Positions 9,288-17,932 of a DNA stretch of 17,932 nucleotides are shown in pieces (position 1 is the stretch's first letter; the number at the start of each line of letters is the position of its first letter). This DNA is from Candidatus Latescibacterota bacterium (GTDB lineage: Bacteria > Latescibacterota > UBA2968 > UBA8231), in contig CBDBIJ010000087.1 of assembly GCA_965205655.1 (NCBI GenBank), forward strand, positions 1 through 17,932, in the 5' to 3' direction. Made by a program: the position numbers and the translations under genes. The notes under the pieces were generated by a model. That model searched no databases. It saw nothing but the letters and a program-made list of their open reading frames with translations, and was not told the origin of the DNA.

Positions 9288-10283
9288 ATGGCGAAGAGAA
9301 TTCGCATCGGCATTGTCGGCTCCGGAGGGATGGCGCGATCGCGGGCGGCGACGTTCTCCAGTCTCGAGGGGTGCGAGCTGGAAGCAATCGCGGCTCGCAA
9401 TCGAGCTACCGGCGAAGAGCTGGCCTCGGAGCACGGCGTCGAGCTACTCGATGACTGGCAATCGCTTGTGTCGCGCCAGGACCTGGAGGCCGTCGCCATC
9501 TGCACGAGCAACGACAGTCACGCCGTCATCGCGCGCGCCGCGCTGGAGGCGGGGAAGCACGTGTTTATGGAGTACCCACTGGCACGGCAGGCAGGCGAGG
9601 CGCAGCAGCTGGTCGACGTTGCAGGGCAGCAATCCGGATGTGTGCTGCGGGTCGCGCACAACGAAGCATTTTCGCCGCGGCACGTCGCACTCAAGCAAGC
9701 CGCTGACTCGCTCGGTGACCTGCTCGTGGCGATCTACGTGCGCCTGACTCCCGGACGGGGCTCACGTCCCGAGGTGCTGTTCAATCTGAATGCCTCCGGC
9801 CCGCCGGCCCTGTTCTTCATCTACCACGTCTATCCCCTCGTCGACATCTTCGGCGCCGCCGTCTGGGTCGAAGGATATGCCGACTATGTCGGGTTGGGCG
9901 CCGACGGCCGCTACGACAGCTTCGTGAACACGATGACCGCCGGATTCGGGAATGGCGGCTGCGCAACGTGGACCTGGGCAGGCGGAGTGGCCATCAACGC
10001 GGCAGAGGAGTATCAGCGGCTGGTGCTGACAGAGGGTTCCCTGCTGCGAGAGGGCGGGCAGTGGTCACGGTCAACGCCACAGAGCGTGGAAGAGCTCGAG
10101 CTACCTGAAGGGCCTTCGGACTCGATCGAGGAGCAGTTTCTGCGGGAGGTTGCCGGCGAGGAGTCGGGGTGGCGCGCCGACGTGGCCAAGGCCCTGGACG
10201 CCGTTCGCATAAGTCTCGCCGCCGAAGAGGCGTTCCGGCGCGGTCGGCGGGTCACCATTGAAAAGCTGGGGGGAACATCGTGA
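9288..10283 (+). CDS. Gfo/Idh/MocA-family NAD(P)-dependent oxidoreductase, biliverdin-reductase-like
   Basis: Rossmann motif IRIGIVGSGGMA, AVAICTSNDSHA, ALEAGKHVFMEYPLA (EYP in place of the usual EKP). ATG 9288 preferred because the Rossmann fold starts right after it. Confidence 0.85.
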   Translation: MAKRIRIGIVGSGGMARSRAATFSSLEGCELEAIAARNRATGEELASEHGVELLDDWQSLVSRQDLEAVAICTSNDSHAVIARAALEAGKHVFMEYPLARQAGEAQQLVDVAGQQSGCVLRVAHNEAFSPRHVALKQAADSLGDLLVAIYVRLTPGRGSRPEVLFNLNASGPPALFFIYHVYPLVDIFGAAVWVEGYADYVGLGADGRYDSFVNTMTAGFGNGGCATWTWAGGVAINAAEEYQRLVLTEGSLLREGGQWSRSTPQSVEELELPEGPSDSIEEQFLREVAGEESGWRADVAKALDAVRISLAAEEAFRRGRRVTIEKLGGTS

Positions 10284-12394
10284 GCAGCATATCGAGATTG
10301 GCAACATTAGCAGCGCTCTCCTTCCTCATCCCGATCGGCGTCGATGGGAAAGGTGCCGACGAAGAGGATGAGGCCAGCGGACGGCCCACCTACGAGGCAG
10401 AAGAGATAGTCGTCACCGGGAGCAGACTGTTCATTTCCGAGTCGAGCTCCATCGCGACCAGATTGCCGGTGGCGATCACGTCGGTGCCGGCCAGCATCAG
10501 CGCGGTGGGTCGGGCCACCATAGAGGAGCAGGGCAGCGTCATCCTCGGCGACGCGCTGGCGAACGCCAGCGGTATCAATGTTCAAACTGGATTCGGCGTC
10601 TTCGACTATTTCGTTATCCGCGGATTCGACTCGCTGACAAGCGGACTGGTGCTGACCGACGGCATCCCCGAACCCGAGGTTTCCTTTTACAACCTGTACA
10701 ACATCGAGAGCGTGGAGGTCCTCAAGGGGCCGGGTGCGTTTCTGTACGGCGGCAATCCTCTGTCGGGGACGGTCAATCTCGTTCGCAAGCAGCCGGTATT
10801 CGAGAATTTCGCGCGGATAGGGGGATCGGTCGGCAGTTTTGGCACCTATCGAGCAACTGCCGACATCGGTGCGAAGAATGAGAAAGAGACTGTCGCATTC
10901 CGGTTGAACGGGCTGCTTCAGGGCTCGGACAACTACCGGGACGACAAGGACAATTCGACGTGGGCGATAAATCCGGCCGTCGCCTGGAGGATTGACGAGC
11001 GGAGCACGCTCAGGGTGCAGCTGGAGTACGTGAAGGCGAGTTTCAAGAGCGATTCGGGATTGCCAGTCGTGGGCGACTCACTGATCGCTGTGCCGAGGAA
11101 ACGGTCCTACCAATCTCCCTTCGACGACTCTGACCTGGAGACATACCGGCTGCAGCTGAGTTTCGACCGGCAACTGACTGATGATATCAGTCTGAGGGAT
11201 CGCTTCTACTACACCGATTTCGACTGGCCTTCGAGCGGCACCATTTTTAACGGCGTGTTTCCGAACACGGAGGGGTCGCAGGATCTTTATCGTTCGCTCC
11301 TGGTGCTGGATGACCATCAGAGATTCATCGGTAACCAACTGGAAGCCGTGATGTCCAGAAGCACTGGGTCTCTGCGCCACACCCTGCTCGCAGGGATCGA
11401 GGTCGCTCGTTTGAGCGACGAGTTCACCCTCGACGTGGCGGGGTTGCCGAACATCGCTCTGTTGTCTCCAGTCGAAAGCGCCGTTCGCCCGCTGTTTATA
11501 ATACCGAATCAATCCACCGCCGCGGACGCCCGCAGTGTGGTCATTGCGCCGTACTTCGTCGATCAGATCGATTTCGGCGAACGCTACGAGGCGTTTGTCG
11601 GTGCGAGATTCGACGCAATCGACTACGAAGACGGCATCACCGCCACCGACAGGACCTACAACAAGCTCAGTCCGATGCTCGGATTGGCGTTCAGGCCAAC
11701 GGCCGATCTTTCCCTGTACGGCAATATGAGTCAGGCATTCGCGCCACCGTCGAGTCTGGTGGTGGGAGATCGAAAGGCGGAGGAGAGCAGGCAACTCGAG
11801 GTCGGAGTGAAAGGCAAGTTCGCGCAGGGGAAAGTACTCGGCTCGCTGGCTTTCTACGAATTGAAGAAGGACAACATCGCCATCTCGGTGGAAAAGGGGG
11901 TGTTGAAGGAGACGGGAGATCAGCGGTCGAGGGGAGCCGAACTCGAGGTCGCCGCGCAGCTCGGGCCAAGCTTGAGCACCCTCTTGTCCTATGCCCTATC
12001 CGATGCCGAATTAACAGAGTTTAGGGACGAGGTTCTTGTCCCGACTGCCACGGGGTTGGACACCACTATAATCGATCGCTCCGGTAATACACCCGCCTTC
12101 GCGCCAACGCACATCTTGAACCTGTGGTCATCGCTAGGTGTCGCGAGAGGCTTGAGCGTCAGCGCCGGTCTGCGATACGTGGGCGACCAGTACATCGACG
12201 AGGACAATCTGTTCCAGCTTGAATCGGCATTGACCGCAAACGCCGCTCTTCACTACGAGCTCGGGACCGTCAGTGTGCGGATGCACGTCGACAATCTGAC
12301 GGGCGAGAAATTCGAGACCCGAGGATTCGGAGCCACATCCGCAATCCCGGCGGATCCGTTCGGTGCACGCCTCAGCGTCGAGTGGTCCCTGTGA
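10280..12394 (+). CDS. TonB-dependent outer-membrane receptor (siderophore-receptor-like architecture, substrate unknown)
   Basis: 704 aa. Signal peptide, TonB box EEIVVTGSR, plug motifs FVIRGF..DGIP..IESVEVLKGPGAFLYG..GTVNLVRKQP, barrel motifs QLEVGVKG and QRSRGAELE. GTGA overlap with the upstream stop. Confidence 0.93.
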   Translation: MSSISRLATLAALSFLIPIGVDGKGADEEDEASGRPTYEAEEIVVTGSRLFISESSSIATRLPVAITSVPASISAVGRATIEEQGSVILGDALANASGINVQTGFGVFDYFVIRGFDSLTSGLVLTDGIPEPEVSFYNLYNIESVEVLKGPGAFLYGGNPLSGTVNLVRKQPVFENFARIGGSVGSFGTYRATADIGAKNEKETVAFRLNGLLQGSDNYRDDKDNSTWAINPAVAWRIDERSTLRVQLEYVKASFKSDSGLPVVGDSLIAVPRKRSYQSPFDDSDLETYRLQLSFDRQLTDDISLRDRFYYTDFDWPSSGTIFNGVFPNTEGSQDLYRSLLVLDDHQRFIGNQLEAVMSRSTGSLRHTLLAGIEVARLSDEFTLDVAGLPNIALLSPVESAVRPLFIIPNQSTAADARSVVIAPYFVDQIDFGERYEAFVGARFDAIDYEDGITATDRTYNKLSPMLGLAFRPTADLSLYGNMSQAFAPPSSLVVGDRKAEESRQLEVGVKGKFAQGKVLGSLAFYELKKDNIAISVEKGVLKETGDQRSRGAELEVAAQLGPSLSTLLSYALSDAELTEFRDEVLVPTATGLDTTIIDRSGNTPAFAPTHILNLWSSLGVARGLSVSAGLRYVGDQYIDEDNLFQLESALTANAALHYELGTVSVRMHVDNLTGEKFETRGFGATSAIPADPFGARLSVEWSL

Positions 12395-12975
12395 GCGAGG
12401 GCGTGGATCCGACCCAATTCGGACGCCGCATCTTCGATGACCTGTTCATCGCGCAGAGCAGACGCCCCGATCACCTCGGCGATATCGACGTTGAAACTCT
12501 GACTCCCTTCGAGCGCGGGATCCTTGTGGTCGTCGGTCTCGTCACTCAGTTCATCGAAGCCTACAAGATGGAGCCGATCGAGGTGAGTCAGCTGTGGCAG
12601 GGCAGTCAACGCCTGAACAGTGATGACCCATGGCTCGAGGCACGGGCAGGCCAGGAGGTGATTTCGAGGCGGGTCATCCTCAAGGGCGGCAGGAGCGGTA
12701 CACCCTACCTCGAGGGGGAGGCGCTCATCGTGGCACAGCGACTCCCCGAAGCGGTGCGGCAGGACCTGCAAGAATCGAACATGGGATTAGGGCAGATTCT
12801 GCGCCGTCGCCGGGTGGAGACACACGGTGAGCTGCTGTGGTGCGGCACCGAGCAGGTGCAAGGGCCAGCAAGTTCCGGGGAGGATCGCCTGACTATCGAC
12901 AAAACGTACCGATTCATCTGCGACGGAAGTCCAGCGATTCTGATCACCGAACGGCTTCCACCGCCGCCAGGGTAA
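12391..12975 (+). CDS. Chorismate-lyase/UbiC-fold (DUF98-like) protein
   Basis: LTPFERGIL..VTQFIEAY..EPIEV, RRVILKG, GLGQILRRRRVETHGELL, KTYRFI..PAILITERLP. GTG 12391 overlaps the receptor's TGA (GTGA). Confidence 0.75.
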   Translation: MSEGVDPTQFGRRIFDDLFIAQSRRPDHLGDIDVETLTPFERGILVVVGLVTQFIEAYKMEPIEVSQLWQGSQRLNSDDPWLEARAGQEVISRRVILKGGRSGTPYLEGEALIVAQRLPEAVRQDLQESNMGLGQILRRRRVETHGELLWCGTEQVQGPASSGEDRLTIDKTYRFICDGSPAILITERLPPPPG

Positions 12976-12979
12976 TCGA

Positions 12980-14017
12980 ATGAGTCATCTCCACCACAGA
13001 GTCCTCACAGTGTGCACGCTATTGGCGTGGAGTCTCGGCAATGGGGGCTCGGGAGCCGATCCGAGCATCGATCTGACGGAGGACTGGCCGCAATGGCGCG
13101 GCCCGAAGGAGGTCTGGAGGCGATCAATAGGGGAGGGCTTTTCCGGTTTATCGATTGCGAGTTCGCGGGTGTACACGATGTACGCCACCGAATCGAGCGA
13201 ATTCGTAGTGAGTCTCAACGCCGCCGACGGCAGTGAAGTCTGGAAGAGCCGCAGCGGGTCCAAGTTCATGCAGACATACGGAAACGGACCGCGGTGTACG
13301 CCCACCGTCGACGGGGGCCGCGTCTACGCTCTGGGAGCGAACGGTGAGCTGCTGGCTCTGGAGGCCGCCTCCGGGCGCACGATCTGGCAGCACAATCTGC
13401 GCACGGAGTTTGGAAGAAAGCTGCCTGCCTTCGGGTTCACGGCGTCGCCGCTCATGTCATTATCGCCGAGCGGCCAGCTGTACTGGCGCTATGAATGACC
13501 GACCGAATTCGGCCAACATCCGGCGACGCCGGTGTTCATCGCCCCCGATCGCGTCTTCATTTCCTCCGGTTACGGCATGGGGGGCGCAGTGTTGCAGATG
13601 GAGCTTGCCGAAACCGGGCTCGGGGTGAGCGAAGTGTGGTTCAACAAGGAGATGAAGAATCACATCAGCACATCGGTGTATCACGAGGGAGCCATCTATG
13701 GCTTCGACGATGCGATATTCAAGTGCATTGATGCCGAGACTGGCGATGAGCGATGGAAGACCCGGGGCTACGGGAAAGGTACGCTCATCATGGCGGACGG
13801 CCATCTGATCGTGTTGGGTGACGCGGGTAAGCTCGCCATCGCGGAGGCGAATCCCGCCGCTCACGTGGAGGTGGCCAGCGCCCAGGTGCTGAGCGACCAG
13901 TGCTGGACGGCGCCCAGTCTCGCGCACGGGCGGCTGTATCTCCGCAATATGGTGGAGATCGTCTGCTTGGATCTCGCGATAAAGACGCAGTCGGCATCGT
14001 GCGAAACGCGGGGGTAG
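12980..14017 (+). pseudogene. Secreted PQQ-like/BamB-like beta-propeller protein with an in-frame TGA and apparent internal deletions
   Basis: DWPQWRGP, GPRCTPTVDGGRVYALG, VFISSGYG, CIDAETGDERWK, WTAPSLAHGRLYLRN. ORFs 12980-13498 and 13532-14017 share a frame and are separated by TGA 13496-13498 (YWRYE*P, where W is expected). Segments appear missing after WRGP and after ASPL. Confidence 0.8.
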
Positions 14018-14032
14018 TACGGGCTGAGCGCC

Positions 14033-14554
14033 CTACGAGTTCCACGGGACGAAGCTCCGAATCATCTCCAATGCACGCTCTCCAAAGGTTAGTCCCAGGT
14101 AGGCGGCGCTGGCATAGCGCACGGTCCGTCCGAGCAACACACTGATCACCAGCGTCCGCAGGCGCATGCCGAACACGCCGGCTGAGAGAATGAACAGCTT
14201 GGTAGGAACCGGCGGCGGGCCCATGACGGCTGCGATGATCGCCCAGAAGCCGTAGCGGTCGATCCGCTCTTTGACGCGCTCCCGTCTCTTCGGATCGAAT
14301 CTCCGCAAGGCCACGTCCCCACCCTTGCATCCGACGTAATACAAGAGAGCACAACCCAGCGTCGATCCGATCGTCGCCGCCGCGAGGAGGGCGATGATTT
14401 GCGGAGATTCCAGTCGCGTCTGCGCCAGGATCATGAGCGCGATGTCGGGTGCAGCCGCCGTCGGCAGGCCGGCGGAATCGATGAAGGAGAGGCCGAACAG
14501 TCCCGGTATACCGGCTGATACCGCCTGTTCCTGAAGATTTTCGGTGATGTTCAT
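14033..14554 (-). CDS. DedA/VTT (SNARE-associated, YqaA-like) membrane protein
   Basis: SFIDSAGLP..PD, AATIGSTLGCALLYYVG..GG, IDRYGFWAI, PPPVPTKLFILSAGVFGM, GRTVRY. Confidence 0.85.
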   Translation of the reverse strand: MNITENLQEQAVSAGIPGLFGLSFIDSAGLPTAAAPDIALMILAQTRLESPQIIALLAAATIGSTLGCALLYYVGCKGGDVALRRFDPKRRERVKERIDRYGFWAIIAAVMGPPPVPTKLFILSAGVFGMRLRTLVISVLLGRTVRYASAAYLGLTFGERALEMIRSFVPWNS

Positions 14555-14617
14555 GGGGAAGGCGCAAAGCGACAGCTGCCAGAAGAGCTAGGCTTGCCTG
14601 GTTTCACTAGTGCTCTG

Positions 14618-15678
14618 TTAAAGAGTCGGCATTGAGTTTTGGACTTTGGTCAGCTTGGAGTTGTCCGTGTTCTTGTTTCGCCATCTCAGGTACTCCTGGA
14701 TGCGCTGGCCGACTTCTCGATGATCGTTGGGATCGCTGTTTTTGATGACGAAATAATGGGCTGCCGTGAGGTGACATTCGAGCCGATTCATCCATGACGC
14801 GTTGGTGGCGGTGAAGACCGGCGAGACCTGGTTTCGTCTGCACCACTGCAGGATCGGCGGTGTCTTGTGCGTCGACAGATTGTCCATGACGACGTAGATC
14901 CGTTTCGCCTTGGGATAGCGCAGCCGAATGGCCTTGAGAAAATCGAGTACGACCGATGCGTGCTTCTTTGGTTTGTGATGCATCCACAGGATGTCCTCAT
15001 GGACGTTATAGGCTCCGAAGAAATAGCTGACGCCGCCGTGGCGGCTGTAGGTTGCCCGATGCCGGACCGGGCGCTTCTGCGGGGCCCAGGAAGCGCCGGC
15101 ATGCGGCTTGATCTGGACCGGTCCCAGTTCGTCGAAGCAGACTACGACCGTGCCTTTCGGCGCCCGCTTGTAGAGTCGGTTGATGCGTTTTTTTTAGAGG
15201 CAAACTCCGGGTCCTTGGATTCCTTCCAGGTGCGCGTCCGTTGATAGGTCACCTTATGCTGATCCAGGATTTTCCCGATGGTCACATGCGAGACCTCAGG
15301 AATCATCTGCCGTCCCACCAGGCAGTCGGTCAGCTTGCGCAACGACCACTGATTGAACGGCTGACCGAACGCACGGGGAGGCATCTTGGCGATTTCCACC
15401 ACCACGGATTCGTCTTCCGGCGTCAATTTCGAAGGACGCCCCGGACGTGCCCGCGTGCGCAACGCCGTCAATCCCCCTTCGTTGTATTGGCGAATCAACT
15501 GGCGAACGTACTCCTCGTGCAGATGCAGCGTATCCGAAATCTCTTGGACCCGCATTCCCTGGACGCTGAACGAGATCAACTGCCCACGGCGCATCTGCAC
15601 GGCGCTGCGAGGCCGCTTCAGCCATCGCACCAGTTCCTTCGACTCCGCCACGTTCGGTGAACGAGCATGAAGACACAT
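14618..15678 (-). CDS. IS630 transposase expressed by a -1 frameshift at an A8 run (about 353 aa)
   Basis: AGGAGG RBS and ATG 15678. The HTH part (..RPGRP..WSLRKL..TRTWKESKDPEFASKK) joins at A8 (15188-15195) to KRINRLY..VVCFDELGP..VVMDNLSTHK..NASWMNRLECH (DDE), ending at TAA 14618. Confidence 0.9.
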
Positions 15679-15714
15679 AGCTTGACCCTCCTGAAGAATT
15701 CGCCATATATCTCC

Positions 15715-15743
15715 ATGATACCACGACTTACGACAAAGTACAA
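15715..15743 (-). promoter_or_regulatory. Putative sigma70-type promoter of the IS630 transposase
   Basis: Minus strand TTGTAC-17bp-TATCAT with an extended -10 TG, 37 bp upstream of the start codon. Confidence 0.55.
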
Positions 15744-15764
15744 GCTCCATTTCTTAACGGAGAA

Positions 15765-17932
15765 CTAGCGGATCAGCTTTCGAATCCTCGCTTCCGACTC
15801 GTGGGACCAACCGCTGAGTATGTCAACGACGAGGCCCTCACCGTCGACGATGAAAGAGAGTGGAACAAAGATCTGGTCACCGGCGAAGAGCTGTTCGAAA
15901 CCGCTCTCGTCGGAGATGAAGTTCGGATAGGTGATGCCGGCTCGATCCAGGAATCGAGGTACCCGATCCCGGGCCGCGCCGGTGTCGAGACTGATGCCGA
16001 TCAGGTCGACGCCCGACGCGCCGAGCTCCTGGTACAGCTTCTCCAACTCCGGCATCTCCTGGCGGCACGGCACGCACCAGGTGGCCCAGAGGTTTACCAG
16101 GTAGCTGCGGCCAAGTTGGCGGATGCGCTCGAAGTCGGTCTGCGTTCCCTCCATATCGACAAGCGGAACAGAGGGAAACGGGTCTCCCCGGCCGGGCCGC
16201 ACCGACTGAAGAACGACGGCGCTGGCAGGCGCAGGATCGGGCAGTGAGAAGCGCTGTTCCTGCAGGAACTCGGGACTCGATGCGCTCTCTACAAGTTTGA
16301 TCGAAGATGACGTAAGTGCGAGGGGAGATTTCGCATCCTCACTCTGAAGACGTGTCTCCCCGCCCGCCGGCCACCTCACCGTTATCCACTCCACTCTGTC
16401 GTCCTCAGCGAGTCCGAACAGGAGTCGCGGGTCGCTCTGCGAGACGAAGCCGCTGCCGCCAGCTTTGATCTGAGTTTGCACGCCGCGAGAGGTTTTGACG
16501 CGGACGATCGCGCCGTAGGCGTCCCGACCGCTCTGGATCCCTTCGAGGGTCACGCGGAGAAATTTCCTGGCCTGGCCGACATTATTGCGAAAGAGGTGAT
16601 GGACCTGGCCCTGGAGAGAGGTGAGAAAGATGTCGGAGTCGCCGTCGTTGTCGAAATCGGCGTAGGCGGCGCCGCGGCCGTCCGTCACCGCGTCGAGTCC
16701 GGAGAGTCCGGAGATGTCGACGAATCGCTCGCCCCGGTCGTTGAGGTAGAGCTTGTCGCGCTCGAAGCCGCTGAACGAGAATCCCTGCTCGAACAGCTTC
16801 ATCATATGGTTGGTCTGGTACTGCTGATTGCCGGCCTCCTCGAGTGCTACTGACGACGCCAGCACGTGGCGCCAGAACAGGCTTCAGGTGTCCTTCAGGG
16901 ATTTGCCCGAGACGAAACCGTTGGGGGTGTGTATGTCCTGCCAGCCGTCGTTGTCGAAGTCGACGAAGCCACCGCCCCAGGCCCAGCCGGCGGCAAAGGA
17001 GCCGAGGTCGGCGCTCACTTGCTGATACGTCCCGCCACCGAGATTGCGAAACAGCGTGTTGCCGGCGGCGAGCTTGTCGAGGACGCGGGTCTCGTCAAGA
17101 TGACTGGTTTCATCGGGAAACAGTCGCTTGATGATGCGCTTACCCGCGGTAGAGGACATGTTGGTGACGTGGATGTCGAGATGGCCGTCGTTGTCGAAGT
17201 CTCCCAGCGCTACACCCATGCCGTTGCCGGGGTCGAGCAGGCCGAGGGCTTCAGCTGCGTCGATGAAACGGTTGCCCTCATTCAGGAAGACCGCGTTTTC
17301 GCCGAAATCGTTAGCCACGTACAGGTCGAGCAAGTGGTCATCGTTCAGGTCACCGAAATGCGCGGCGTAGGACCACCGGCTGTCGGCGACGCCCCATTGC
17401 CGCGCCCGCTCCAGAAAGGTGCCGTTTCCCTGGTTGACGAGCAGCAGGTTCGGCGTGCCATTGGTGGCCCGCGACCAGGAGTTCGGCATGATGACGCCAT
17501 ACCGATTGTATGAGGCCACGTAGATATCCGAGAATCCGTCGCGATTGATGTCGGCACTCACGGCGCTGAACCCCTGAGCGAGCTGGTCGACACCCGCCTG
17601 GATGGAGACGTCGAGAAACTCGAGGACTCCGTCGGGAACGAGGCGGTTCTCGAACAGCAGCTGATGACCCGTGGAAGCGAGGAACAGATCGGCGTCGCCG
17701 TCGTTGTCAAAATCCACGAAGAGGGGACCCGAAGCGTTGGGGGTGATCCTGACGCCGGCGGATTCACCCCGGTCGCGAAACGTGCCGTCGCCCTCGTTGA
17801 CATACAGAAAGTTGCCGCCATGACCGGTTGTGAAAGCGTCGAGAAGGCCATCGCCGTCGACATCACTGACGGCAACTCCGTGGGCGATAAAGCTCGGATT
17901 GTCCGGGGTGCCGAAGCGGGCCGCGTCGTGAT
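15765..17932 (-). CDS. FG-GAP/CRTAC1-like repeat + ASPIC/UnbV + TlpA-like thioredoxin fusion protein, 5'-partial, with one in-frame TGA (candidate selenocysteine)
   Basis: The frame is open from the window edge. It carries repeated DxDxDG loops (DVDGDG, DFDNDGD, DINRDG), then NGFVSGKSLKDT-TGA-SLFWRHV, SFSGFERDKLYLN, ASPIC/UnbV motifs (RDAYGAIVRV, GSGFVSQSDPRLLFGL, VRWPAG) and thioredoxin VNLWATWCVPCRQEMPEL. ORFs 16884-17717 and 15765-16865 are in the same frame. Confidence 0.88.
16850..16886 (-). other. In-frame UGA plus candidate bacterial SECIS hairpin
   Basis: mRNA: UGA agcCUGuucu GGCGCCA cgugc UGGCGUC guCAG. The 7-bp stem starts 11 nt after UGA. The 5-nt loop starts at +18 with G at position 2. 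A possible lower stem is CUG/CAG. Confidence 0.55.

Larger units (their letters stand above)
14610..15765 (-). mobile_element. Complete IS630-family insertion sequence
   Basis: Duplicated TA within CTAG at both ends (14608-14609, 15766-15767). Imperfect IRs GTGCTCTGTTAAAGA and (reverse complement) GTTCTCCGTTAAGAA. Confidence 0.9.

Noticed and set aside
13496..13536. Second in-frame TGA followed by a hairpin (AACA-T-CCGGC-GAC-GCCGG-TGTT) as a possible SECIS
   Set aside because: The context YWRYE*P fits a propeller Trp (TGG to TGA), the gene has other apparent deletions, and no redox motif is nearby. It also shows that such hairpins can occur by chance here.
14018..14060. Possible C-terminal truncation of the DedA/VTT protein
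   Set aside because: A final TM helix may be missing, but family length varies and no alternative-frame continuation is evident.
1..17932. Alternative genetic code (TGA = Trp or Gly) to explain two in-frame TGAs
   Set aside because: TGA ends genes at the expected positions (497, 8354, 10283, 12394), and Trp is encoded by TGG throughout.

Overview
GC-rich bacterial chromosomal window. A TonB-dependent receptor points to a diderm host, and a FlgD-Ig/T9SS-like C-terminal domain suggests an FCB-related lineage such as Latescibacterota (inference only). Intact genes are hflX, glnD, an HtpX-like M48 protease, and a translationally coupled run of Gfo/Idh/MocA oxidoreductase (biliverdin-reductase-like EYP motif), TonB-dependent receptor and UbiC/DUF98-like protein, plus a DedA/VTT membrane protein. 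Three accessory genes are broken: an HD-domain gene, a secreted DUF2330-like gene and a PQQ-like beta-propeller gene. Three IS families are present: a probable IS30 end remnant, a complete IS256 with 9-bp target duplication, and a complete IS630 with a programmed -1 frameshift. The most interesting signal is the rightmost gene, a minus-strand FG-GAP/CRTAC1-like + ASPIC/UnbV + thioredoxin (WCVPC) fusion. It is interrupted only by one in-frame TGA (16884-16886), which is followed directly by a hairpin with bacterial SECIS geometry, making it a candidate selenoprotein.
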